From: an uncultured Candidatus Saccharibacteria bacterium
GTDB lineage: Bacteria > Patescibacteriota > Minisyncoccia > Phycocordibacterales > Phycocordibacteraceae
NCBI GenBank assembly: GCA_964650475.1
Contig: CAZYRK010000001.1
Span: 8,356-72,355, forward strand
DNA: 64,000 bases
Reading direction: 5' to 3'
This document shows positions 20,516-29,474 of this stretch, piece after piece (position 1 is the stretch's first letter; every line of letters starts with the position of its first letter). Below the pieces are notes generated by a model. The model made no database searches, had not been told where the DNA came from, and saw only the letters and a list, made by a program, of their open reading frames with translations. The position numbers were made by a program, and so were the translations under genes.

Positions 20516-21067
20516 CTAGCGAGCAATCTCATCTCGTTTGCGGGTTGCGGAAGCCTCAAAACGTTCTATTCCATCATTAACAAGTTTTTGCACTTCTTCT
20601 TTAAACCGAAAAAGCTCATCTTTACTAATGTCACTGTTTTTTTCATCTGATTCGAGAGTGCGTATAAAATCTGTACGATGATTACGAACAGAAACCTTTG
20701 CTTGCTCAAGCTTTTCCCGTACGAGCTTGTTTAAAAGCTCGCGCCTTTCGGATGTTAGATCCGGAAAAGTAACACGCACACCCTGATCGTCTACGGAAAC
20801 AGACACTCCGAGATTTGTATCAATAATTGCTTTTTCTATAGCTTTCCCGAGACCCTTATCCCATGCAACAACACGCAATGTCCGTGCGTCTTCTATTGAA
20901 ACAGAAGCGATTTCTCGCAAAGGAGTACGCGTTCCGTAAGCCTCCGGCTTAACGCTATCTAAAAGCGTCGGAACAGCGCGCCCTGTGCGAATATTGGAAA
21001 ACTCCCTCGCAAGATGCTCTTCTGTTTCTTTAATACCATTTGTAAGTTTTGAAAAATCGTATGCCAT
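20516..21067 (-). CDS. frr: Ribosome recycling factor
   Basis: IRTGRA, LTSERR, AKVSVRN; start at MAYDF (21067). Confidence 0.93.
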   Translation of the reverse strand: MAYDFSKLTNGIKETEEHLAREFSNIRTGRAVPTLLDSVKPEAYGTRTPLREIASVSIEDARTLRVVAWDKGLGKAIEKAIIDTNLGVSVSVDDQGVRVTFPDLTSERRELLNKLVREKLEQAKVSVRNHRTDFIRTLESDEKNSDISKDELFRFKEEVQKLVNDGIERFEASATRKRDEIAR

Positions 21068-21219
21068 AGAATCATTAAGGTTATGTTTGTATTGTACCAG
21101 ACACGTACGCGCATAGAAACATAATGCGGGAGCTCGGCTGTAGATACTTACAAAAACGCTCTTGCGGGCTTTAGGCTTAAAAACAGTACTGCCACATTTC
21201 ATGGTACGCTACAGTAACT

Positions 21220-21636
21220 ATGCGCCCACTATTTGAACAACAAGCACCAGAATTGATACATTTTGGATGGGCTCACGGTCGCTATCTAGACTTCTGGTCT
21301 TTCATACATATATTAACCGGCTCCTTGTTTGGAATACTTGCTTATGTCTTTGCAATACCTCTTTTTACAACGATGCTTTGCATCGCAGGTATCGCAACTC
21401 TTTACGAAGTGTTTGAAATCCTTTTGCGTGTTTCGGAAGATGCGCAAAACGTAGCCAGCGACATTGTTTTGACCACAGGCGGAGGCGTCCTTGCACAGTA
21501 TTTAATAGGCACATTGCAACCGACCTTTACAACCGAAATATTTATTTTTACCGGAGTGTCAATACTTAACATCACTCTGTTATACGCAGGCTGGAATCAC
21601 TATCTGAAGAAAAAACTACTTTCCATAAAGAAATAA
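21220..21636 (+). CDS. Hypothetical membrane protein
   Basis: 138 aa, 4 hydrophobic segments, DFWSFIH and YEVFE motifs. Confidence 0.65.
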   Translation: MRPLFEQQAPELIHFGWAHGRYLDFWSFIHILTGSLFGILAYVFAIPLFTTMLCIAGIATLYEVFEILLRVSEDAQNVASDIVLTTGGGVLAQYLIGTLQPTFTTEIFIFTGVSILNITLLYAGWNHYLKKKLLSIKK

Positions 21637-21658
21637 AAACCGCCGATCGGCGGTTTTT
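21635..21658. terminator. Bidirectional terminator
   Basis: AAAAACCGCCGATCGGCGGTTTTT between convergent genes. Confidence 0.75.
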
Positions 21659-21686
21659 TCATACGTTGTCATACGTATTCCTGTTT

Positions 21687-21953
21687 TTAGGATGCAGAGA
21701 GTTTTTCAAGCTCTTCCTCAGCTGCCTTTCTATAATTTTCCCAAAAGGCCATAAGGCGAGCCGTTGCGGAAAGTTTTTTCACACTTTCTCCCCCGCCAAA
21801 ACGCTCCAGAAACTCATCTTGAATCTCTCTATTCTTTGTGCATGTAATCAAGCGCAGTAACTCGTGTTTCTCATCACGGTTACCAAGCTCTAAAAGAGAG
21901 CGCATCGCACTCTCATAAGCATCACTAAACTCTTTGAAAGTTACCATTCCCAT
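21687..21953 (-). CDS. Hypothetical protein (SD-led ORFan)
   Basis: AGGAGG at 21962-21967; 88-aa ORF. Confidence 0.65.
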   Translation of the reverse strand: MGMVTFKEFSDAYESAMRSLLELGNRDEKHELLRLITCTKNREIQDEFLERFGGGESVKKLSATARLMAFWENYRKAAEEELEKLSAS

Positions 21954-22096
21954 TTTATATTCCTCCTTTTGTTTATGCGTTTGTGTGAGACTTGTTTATA
22001 AGAACATCCTCGGCAAGTAGACCACAAAAGACTGTTTTAATCAAACCCGTCGATGATACAATTTAAAGTTTTTTACATGATACAATCGCAATAAAC

Positions 22097-24481
22097 ATGA
22101 ATAAAGAAGCTGTACTGCAAACACACCCATTAACACAACGTTTTTCCGCATATAAACGCATCTCTCTTGAGATTGGCTATCTGCTTGCACGAAATATTTT
22201 TATTCCGATTAACCTCATAATATTTACAATAGTTGGTCTGCTTATATATTTTGGTGACACGCGCGAAGGACTTTCGCTGGCACTCATTATCTCTATAAAC
22301 ATCGTACTCGGCATCGTTCAAGATATAAGGGCATGGTTTGTACTGGAGCGCTTACAATTATTGACCGCGATGAAAATAACACGCATCACAAAGGACGGAG
22401 CGCACGAGATTGTCGCACCGGAAACTCTTTTACACGGCGACAGTATCGTACTTTCACTTGGTGATACTGTTCCTTGCGACAGTACTGTTTTGAATTCAAA
22501 AGCTCTTGAAGTAAGTGAGTCGGTCATTACCGGCGAGTCCGTTTCTTTCCCGCGCACGGTTAGCGAGCCATTGCTCGCCGGTAGTATCATTACCGCAGGT
22601 TCAGGTATCGCAACAATCGACAAGGTTTTCAAAGAAAGCAGTCTTGCAAAAATGACCGCACAAGTAAAACGCTATACAATAAACGAAAGCCCTATACAGC
22701 GCACCATAAACAAGATTGTCACGTATACGGGGTATTTACTTCTACTGGTTATAGCATTCATTGTTGCGCACGGTTTTTTAATTCAAACACCTTGGGTAGA
22801 CACTGTAAAAACAATAGGGGCACTCTCCGCCATCCTTGTTCCACAAGGTCTTGTTGTGGCGGTAACGCTTCTTTTTGCGTTCGGTGGTATTCATTTTTAT
22901 CGTCATCACGTATTATTGCGCGAAGTTAACGCAACCGAAAAAATTGCCCGCATAAAAAATCTATGCGTCGACAAAACCGGCACATTGACCGAAAACACGC
23001 TCTCGGTCGAAACACTTATCGCTCCAAAAAACATTACAAAAGATAGTGCGAAAGCGCTGACCAGAGCATACATTAAAGGGTCTGGTGATACCTCGGAATT
23101 AATGTCGGCTCTTGAGAGTTTTCTTAAAGAAACTGACGGTGATATAACACCCACAAGAGACGGGCTTCCCTTTTCTTCATGGCGTCAATACGGAGGCGTT
23201 TTATTAAATCACAATGACAAAAACGTGGCTGTACTCGCCGGAACTCCTGAAGTATTTACGTCATACATGTCGAAAGACGATAGTGCGTGGCTTATGAACA
23301 TCGTTACAAAAGAAGCCGGAGCAGGTAAACGTGTGTTTTGTTTAGTACAATCCGATACCGACAAAATACCGCGCACATTAAATAATACAGGTTTACAGTT
23401 TGCACCTGTTGCTGTTTTTATTCTTACAAACCAACTGCGCGACGGTACCGGTGCAACAATCGACTTCTTCCAAAAACGCGGAGTACGTATACGCGTCCTC
23501 TCCGGTGACAACACCGAAACTATCAAAGCGGTTACGCGAATGGCGGGTATACACGAACCGGAAAAACTTATTACCGGAGCCGAAATGAGTAAATGGACTC
23601 AAGCAGATTTTGATGAACATGCGAAAGACTACACAATATTTGCGCGCATAGTACCGGAACAAAAAGAACACATTATTGATGCATTGAAAAAAGACGGCTT
23701 CACCGCGATGATTGGAGACGGAGCTAACGACGCCCTCGCAATAAAAAAAGCGGATGTTGGGATTGCGATGTTTGACGGGGCTCCAGCGACACGCCAAATC
23801 GCCGCTGTCGTGCTTATGCGAAACAGTTTTGCAGAGCTACCAAACGGTGTTCGGCTAGCAGATAGTATTATTGAAAATTTATATATCTTCGGCGCGGTGT
23901 TTTTAAACCAAGCGACTCTCGGTTTTTTTCTTTATGTGTTTTTAACTGCATTTGGATATTCGTTTCCATTCTCCCCTCTCAATATTGCATTCACAAGCTA
24001 CTTCACAATAGGTATCCCCAACATGCTTATTTCGTATTGGGCGCTACTTCCCTCTGGCGAAGTTGGAAAAGCTGACGAAGAAACTTTCTTAAAAAAAGTA
24101 CTGCCTTATTCTATTGTATCCGGTATTTTTTCCGCAATTATACTTGCCGGTATCGTAATAGTATCTGCGCGCAGTGTCGATGAGACCTCTGCTATAACAC
24201 TCGGTGTTATTTCTTTTTCCATTCTCGGGTACGTTTTCTTCACTATGGCACCGATGGTATACAGCACAGCAAAGCGCCGCACTCGGGCATTGGAAATGTT
24301 TGGCATCGGACTTGCTGAAATACTGCTCGCGATAATTATTTTTTCCATTCCGCCAGTACGAGCATTTTTCGATCTGACAAAAATCTCTATATTCAGTATC
24401 GCGATGCTTCTTCCTTTTTTCATCGGGTACGCACTTATACAATATTTACTGGCACGTCGCTTCACACGGTTTGTCCATTAA
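22097..24481 (+). CDS. P-type ATPase (CtpE-like), TM4 PQGL variant
   Basis: TGES, DKTGTLT, SGDN, GDGAND; about 10 hydrophobic segments. Confidence 0.9.
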   Translation: MNKEAVLQTHPLTQRFSAYKRISLEIGYLLARNIFIPINLIIFTIVGLLIYFGDTREGLSLALIISINIVLGIVQDIRAWFVLERLQLLTAMKITRITKDGAHEIVAPETLLHGDSIVLSLGDTVPCDSTVLNSKALEVSESVITGESVSFPRTVSEPLLAGSIITAGSGIATIDKVFKESSLAKMTAQVKRYTINESPIQRTINKIVTYTGYLLLLVIAFIVAHGFLIQTPWVDTVKTIGALSAILVPQGLVVAVTLLFAFGGIHFYRHHVLLREVNATEKIARIKNLCVDKTGTLTENTLSVETLIAPKNITKDSAKALTRAYIKGSGDTSELMSALESFLKETDGDITPTRDGLPFSSWRQYGGVLLNHNDKNVAVLAGTPEVFTSYMSKDDSAWLMNIVTKEAGAGKRVFCLVQSDTDKIPRTLNNTGLQFAPVAVFILTNQLRDGTGATIDFFQKRGVRIRVLSGDNTETIKAVTRMAGIHEPEKLITGAEMSKWTQADFDEHAKDYTIFARIVPEQKEHIIDALKKDGFTAMIGDGANDALAIKKADVGIAMFDGAPATRQIAAVVLMRNSFAELPNGVRLADSIIENLYIFGAVFLNQATLGFFLYVFLTAFGYSFPFSPLNIAFTSYFTIGIPNMLISYWALLPSGEVGKADEETFLKKVLPYSIVSGIFSAIILAGIVIVSARSVDETSAITLGVISFSILGYVFFTMAPMVYSTAKRRTRALEMFGIGLAEILLAIIIFSIPPVRAFFDLTKISIFSIAMLLPFFIGYALIQYLLARRFTRFVH

Positions 24482-24508
24482 TTTAACAAGCTGATACAAT
24501 ACCAAAAT

Positions 24509-25234
24509 ATGTATATATCAATTATAATCCCGACCTTAAACGAAGAACACTACATTGAACGCACTCTTAAAAATTTAAAGACTATCCATTCAATTTCCTA
24601 TGAAATAATCGTGGCGGATACAAAAAGTACCGACAAAACCGTAGATATAGCAAAAAAATATGCTGATACTGTTACCGTATACTCCAAAGAGGAAAAACCA
24701 AACGCTTCCATTATTCGTAATCTAGGTGCAAAATCCGCAAAAGGAGATATTCTTTTATTTCAAGACGCGGATGTTATTTTAAAAGACCCCGACAAGTTTA
24801 TTACGACTGCGTGTGATGTCCTGAAACAAAATCCGAAGCTGGTTGCTGTTACCACAGCTTCTAGAGTTGAACCTGAATCTGAAACTGTGATGGATTTTGT
24901 AATGTATAAAATTATTAACCTCACGTTTGTTTTTCTAAACAATATTTTTCACATTGGCGGTGCCTCCGGTGAGTGCCAAATTATTCGCAAAGAAGCTTTT
25001 GAAAAAGTTGGCGGGTACAACGAGACTTTGCCTATTGCAGAAGACAACGAAATGTTTCAAAAGCTCGCGCGTATCGGACGAACTCGTATTATTATGAAAT
25101 TAGTTACTCTTCAAACAGGTCGGCGCCAACACGCTATCGGTTGGCCACGCCTTCTGTGGCAATGGCAAGTAAACTGGTTCACTATGACTTTCATGCATAA
25201 ATCAGCTTCAAATATGTGGGAAGAGGTGCGCTAA
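24509..25234 (+). CDS. Glycosyltransferase family 2
   Basis: SIIIPTLNEE, DAD, GGYNE, ED. Confidence 0.9.
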   Translation: MYISIIIPTLNEEHYIERTLKNLKTIHSISYEIIVADTKSTDKTVDIAKKYADTVTVYSKEEKPNASIIRNLGAKSAKGDILLFQDADVILKDPDKFITTACDVLKQNPKLVAVTTASRVEPESETVMDFVMYKIINLTFVFLNNIFHIGGASGECQIIRKEAFEKVGGYNETLPIAEDNEMFQKLARIGRTRIIMKLVTLQTGRRQHAIGWPRLLWQWQVNWFTMTFMHKSASNMWEEVR

Positions 25235-25262
25235 AGCTGCACAAATACACAAATGAAATAAT

Positions 25263-25304
25263 AATCGGCACGGAAAATTGCTAAAGCAATTTTCCGTGCC
25301 GATT
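25263..25304. terminator. Hairpin between convergent genes
   Basis: AATCGGCACGGAAAATTGCT-AA-AGCAATTTTCCGTGCCGATT. Confidence 0.7.
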
Positions 25305-25333
25305 CGTTTAAAACAAAAAAGAATTAAAAACTT

Positions 25334-25702
25334 CTAGCCGGAGCGGATAGCTTTCGCTATCTCTCCAACATCCGGATCGCGCTCCGCCTCCTCAACAGCG
25401 GTCACAACAAGACGTGCGCGAACCCCGCGCTTATAAAGCGCTATCGCCAAGCGAAACCTGACGATACGGTACTCGTCCGCAAGCACACGGCTCTCTATAA
25501 TACTCAACTGCCGTGTACTGAGTTTTGCATCTGAAATCATCAAAATGGTAGCGACGAGATCACGCACATTGTCATCGCGATCGAAAAGGTCTTCCTCTAT
25601 TGCGTGATACAGCACACAATTCGCAACCTCAGCATTTAAATTGTTATCAACAAAACTCCAGTCTTCCATTTTCGCCGCTTTGCGCAGCTTGCTGTATTTC
25701 AT
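25334..25702 (-). CDS. Hypothetical helical (HEAT-like) protein
   Basis: SD AAGGAG upstream; DxDDNVR, VRFRLAIAL and DPDVGEIA resemble HEAT repeats. Confidence 0.6.
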   Translation of the reverse strand: MKYSKLRKAAKMEDWSFVDNNLNAEVANCVLYHAIEEDLFDRDDNVRDLVATILMISDAKLSTRQLSIIESRVLADEYRIVRFRLAIALYKRGVRARLVVTAVEEAERDPDVGEIAKAIRSG

Positions 25703-25774
25703 TTTTTCTCTCCTTTGTTTTAGTGTTAAAAATCAATATCATCCAAATATAACTTTAGCACAATTTCATACCTA

Positions 25775-25818
25775 TTGCTTTCATAGCTATATCAATATAC
25801 ATTGATATAGCTATGAAA
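25775..25818 (+). promoter_or_regulatory. arsR promoter and operator
   Basis: TTGCTT-17-TACATT overlapped by an 18-4-18 inverted repeat (25779-25818) that covers the ATG. Confidence 0.75.
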
Positions 25819-26127
25819 TGCTTTTACAAGACAAATAAAAATACAAAACAACTTTCTAAAAACTTATTGCTTTTAAAAACACTTTCTGACGAAAACCGAC
25901 TGAAAATAATTTGTTTTTTGAAAACCGGTGAAAAATGTGTTTGTGAGATTGTTGATTTTCTAGAACTTCCACAAAATCTTGTTTCCCATCATTTAAAAAT
26001 CTTAAGGGATCAAAATATCGTTTCTACAAAAAAACAAGGATTGAAAATAATTTACTCGCTGAACACTGCGTGGCTTCCAACCATTATCAAATTCTTTAAT
26101 TCTTTAAACCCTAGATATGTCGACTAA
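25813..26127 (+). CDS. ArsR/SmtB-family repressor
   Basis: LSDENRLKI, EKCVCEI, VSHHLKIL. Confidence 0.92.
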   Translation: MKCFYKTNKNTKQLSKNLLLLKTLSDENRLKIICFLKTGEKCVCEIVDFLELPQNLVSHHLKILRDQNIVSTKKQGLKIIYSLNTAWLPTIIKFFNSLNPRYVD

Positions 26128-26374
26128 AACAACAATTAAGGTTCTAGGTTCCGGATGTCCTTCTTGCAAAAAACTCTATACAAAAGTTTTAAAAAACGTA
26201 AAAGAAATAGACCGCGATTTAAACGTTGAGTACATTACCGACATTACAAAAATACTGGAACTTGGTGTTATGAGTAGCCCTGTCTTTATGATAAACGACA
26301 GAATAATATTTGTAGGGAGAATACCCGATGACAAAGAGATAAAAGAAGCTCTTCTTAGCAATCTGAGCACATAA
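26117..26374 (+). CDS. Small thioredoxin-fold redox protein (MTH895/thioredoxin_3-like)
   Basis: IKVLGSGCPSC, GVMSSP. Confidence 0.85.
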   Translation: MSTKTTIKVLGSGCPSCKKLYTKVLKNVKEIDRDLNVEYITDITKILELGVMSSPVFMINDRIIFVGRIPDDKEIKEALLSNLST

Positions 26375-26379
26375 AACAT

Positions 26380-27351
26380 ATGAGTGTTTTTTATCCATTA
26401 AAAGAGATGGCAGACTATATAACATACAGTCTTCTCTCCCTACAAACAGGCTCACATTTGGCAAATTCCGTACAATTCTTTTTTTATGATTCGCTAAAAA
26501 TAATTATTTTAATTTTAATGATCACTCATTTAATGAGCCTTCTCCGGTATTACTTACCGATTGAAAAGTTACGCGACTTTCTTATAACTCATAATTTTTA
26601 CGGATTAGATTATTTTCTAGCTACAATATTTGGAGCGATTACTCCATTTTGCTCCTGTTCATCTATTCCTTTATTTATTGGTTTTATTGAAGCGGAAATT
26701 CCGCTCGGTGTAACTTTTGCTTTTTTAATAACATCTCCTCTTATCAATGAAATAGCTCTGGCATTATTTATCGGTATGTTTGGAATTAAAATAACTTTTT
26801 TTTACATACTGGCAGGAATAACCATAGGAATGATTGGAGGGTTTGCTATCGGTAAATTACATTTGGAAAGATTTGTGGAAGATTTTGTTTGGAAAACTCA
26901 AATGAATAGACGAGATATTTCTACAAAAAAATTGGCTTTTATCAAAATTTTAAAAATTATATCCAAAGAAGCTTTTAATATAACGAGTAAGATTATCCTT
27001 TATGTTTTAATTGGTGTTGGGCTTGGAGCTTTTATCCACGGATTTGTTCCACAAGGTTTCTTTGAAAAATATCTCCTGGAAGCGGGATGGCTTGGCGTCC
27101 CGCTCGCCGTTATATTGGCTGTACCGCTTTACTCGAACGCAAGCGGAGTTATTCCGATTATTGAATCGTTAGTCTCAAAAGGAGTACCTATCGGAACTGC
27201 GCTATCCCTAATGATGGCTATTGTTGGGATTTCACTACCGGAAGCATTAATACTTAAAAAAATACTTAAGTGGCAACTACTTGCTGTGTTTTTTGGAATA
27301 GTAACGTTTGGGATAATAATAATCGGATACTTGTTTAATATAATTCTTTAA
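26380..27351 (+). CDS. ArsP/DUF318-family permease
   Basis: TPFCSCSSIP, SPLINE, SLPE; in operon with ArsR. Confidence 0.88.
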   Translation: MSVFYPLKEMADYITYSLLSLQTGSHLANSVQFFFYDSLKIIILILMITHLMSLLRYYLPIEKLRDFLITHNFYGLDYFLATIFGAITPFCSCSSIPLFIGFIEAEIPLGVTFAFLITSPLINEIALALFIGMFGIKITFFYILAGITIGMIGGFAIGKLHLERFVEDFVWKTQMNRRDISTKKLAFIKILKIISKEAFNITSKIILYVLIGVGLGAFIHGFVPQGFFEKYLLEAGWLGVPLAVILAVPLYSNASGVIPIIESLVSKGVPIGTALSLMMAIVGISLPEALILKKILKWQLLAVFFGIVTFGIIIIGYLFNIIL

Positions 27352-27389
27352 AAAAGAAGCATGTCTTATACTTATTTAATTTAAAAAAC

Positions 27390-27424
27390 AAAAAACACCC
27401 GTTGCTTTGCTCAGGGTGTTTTTA
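27390..27424. terminator. Bidirectional terminator
   Basis: AAAAAACACCC...GGGTGTTTTTT between convergent genes. Confidence 0.6.
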
Positions 27425-27436
27425 CGATACTTTAAG

Positions 27437-27628
27437 CTAGTTTGTATGTACAAACTTTTTTTCGTATTTAGTTAAGATGTCTTTTTGGTCAGCCGAAGCA
27501 CCGCGCAGGGCTTTTCTATATGCTTTTGCCTTTGTTTTTGCATCGGCTTCAGCAAAAAAAACATACACAGGGCTTTTGTCGCCTTGCGCGGTTTTTGTAA
27601 TTCCGAGATACCTCAATATAGTTTTCAT
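27437..27628 (-). CDS. Small basic hypothetical protein
   Basis: 63-aa ORF, GGAG upstream, ends at the terminator. Confidence 0.55.
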   Translation of the reverse strand: MKTILRYLGITKTAQGDKSPVYVFFAEADAKTKAKAYRKALRGASADQKDILTKYEKKFVHTN

Positions 27629-27703
27629 AAAATCTCCATTAGTTTATCTTTAGAATAGCTTTTCTTTATATACCCGTCAATACTGTATATATTAAAGTTG
27701 AAT

Positions 27704-28204
27704 CTATATGTTATTTATTAGATTTAAATTTTTTAATTTGATTTTCAAAATCAGAGTCAAATCCAGTAATTCTTGAAAGTAATCTTTACCAAAATATTGA
27801 CCGTTTTTTAACCTCTTGTCATCCATTGCAAAACCTTTGATAATATATTCTTTCAAGATTTTACTCGCCCAAATACGAAACTGTGTTGCTCTTTTTGAAT
27901 TTACACGGTAACCAACAGCAATAATTATATTAAGATTATAGTATCTAATCGGTTTATCAGAATGACCAAAGTGCATTTTTTGCACATTGCTTTTTTCTTT
28001 TAATTCATCATTTTCAAAAATATTCTTTATATGTTTTGTAACAACAGACCTGTCAACACCAAAAAGCTCCGATATTCTTTTTTGCGAAAGCCAAATGCTC
28101 TCGTTATGTAAAAACGCCTCCACCCTCACCTCGCCATTCGGGTCGGTATAAAGCAAAAACTCCGTCAACCCGTCTTTGTCTTTACCTGTGATTTTTTTGG
28201 TCAT
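27704..28204 (-). pseudogene. RhuM-family protein, probably 3'-truncated
   Basis: WLSQ, AVGYRVNSKRATQFRIWA, EYIIKGF, DYFQELL, then an abrupt AT-rich tail and stop. Confidence 0.7.
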
Positions 28205-28419
28205 AGTATTAAAAAATTGTTTTTTATAAAAACAGTCATATCTTGAATATGAGTTATACGAGTTATTGGTTCTTCGTCGGAATATATTGACTGGTATATT
28301 TTGACTAATCCGGATATCCAGTTAAATATATTATACTACAAACGCCATATCAGGATGTGAGTTACTCTGATTCGTCAAAATTTATTTGGGAAGGTTAGAC
28401 CTTCTCAACTGACAAGTAT

Positions 28420-28535
28420 TGGCTCCGGCTGTAAGCAAAGCTTGCCACCGTTCGTATCCTCAAAAAAGAACATCGCACTCGCGGTATTTCTTTTTGTTCG
28501 GATGCTCCGGCGGTAAGCAGAGCTTTCCACCGCTC
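28420..28535. repeat. Two 32-bp repeats starting with the tRNA-Asn 3' end
   Basis: 28422-28453 and 28504-28535 match at 28/32; the GCTCCGGC(G/T)GTA start matches the tRNA end. Confidence 0.85.
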
Positions 28536-28595
28536 ACCTCGGTGAGCATACAAATACCCGCGACTATCGTCGCGAGTATTTGTATGCTACCTCGG

Positions 28596-28667
28596 CTCCG
28601 GCGGTAGGACTCGAACCTACAACCAATTCGTTAACAGCGAACTGCTCTACCATTGAGCTACACCGGA
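28596..28667 (-). tRNA. tRNA-Asn (GTT)
   Basis: Reverse complement TCCGGTGTAGCTCAATGGTAGAGCAGTTCG-CTGTTAA-CGAATTGGTTGTAGGTTCGAGTCCTACCGCCGGAG. Confidence 0.95.
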
Positions 28668-28790
28668 ATGTGTTTTTATTGCAAATTTATCTTTGCTGGT
28701 TTCAGCGCAAGCCAAAACCGTACTGATAAGTATAGCGAATATGAAACGTCTTTGCAAAGCATGCGGCACTATCGTTTTTTAAGTCGTAAT

Positions 28791-29393
28791 TTATCGTAAG
28801 GCGAGGGTGCTGGCGTTCTCCATTATTTTGCGTGCGAGTTCATCTTGAGTGTGTGGGATATGTGCAATTTTTATATGCCCAACAACGCGAATCGTCATAT
28901 TCTTGCAAACACCAAGTGCAATGCTCGGATTTAAAGTCCTCTTCCCCACTCGCACAGTATTCCTCTGGTCTAAAAGAATATCCACTTGTTTGTGTTTGCT
29001 GGCGTTCATTGTATCTGCAATAACACGATAGCCTATTTGTTTTTTAACAAGCCCATAACCACATGTTGGTGAATATTTTTCATTTAGACTTACCATTACC
29101 ACGGTTCCAAAAGGAAGTTTTTTTGCTAGGTCGCGCGAACGCGCGGCAACTACTTCCGGATTTGAATATGCTCCACTTGCCGTTATAAATGGCGACCCGT
29201 CGGTTTGCTCCGGCACAGCATTGTATGAAGTAACAGTTACGTTTAATTTTGATTTAGACGGTATCTTTTTAGTTACGGAAACGGTACTTGCTACTGTTTG
29301 CACAGGAAAATGAACACCGGCTGTCGGAGAGTTTGGTACCGAGATACTCGGCAAAAAGAAAAGACCCATAAGGGCTGAAGCGATAAGATGCAT
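28791..29393 (-). CDS. Secreted 3D-domain (MltA-like) protein
   Basis: Signal-like N-terminus; VTSYN..QTDGSPFITASG, LPFGT, ADTM, VDI. Confidence 0.75.
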   Translation of the reverse strand: MHLIASALMGLFFLPSISVPNSPTAGVHFPVQTVASTVSVTKKIPSKSKLNVTVTSYNAVPEQTDGSPFITASGAYSNPEVVAARSRDLAKKLPFGTVVMVSLNEKYSPTCGYGLVKKQIGYRVIADTMNASKHKQVDILLDQRNTVRVGKRTLNPSIALGVCKNMTIRVVGHIKIAHIPHTQDELARKIMENASTLALR

Positions 29394-29474
29394 AGGTTTG
29401 AGAGAATTGTCTCTGTCTTAATACACCAAACCCTACCACATTGGCATAGCTCTTGTCAATAGCAAAACACTTGT

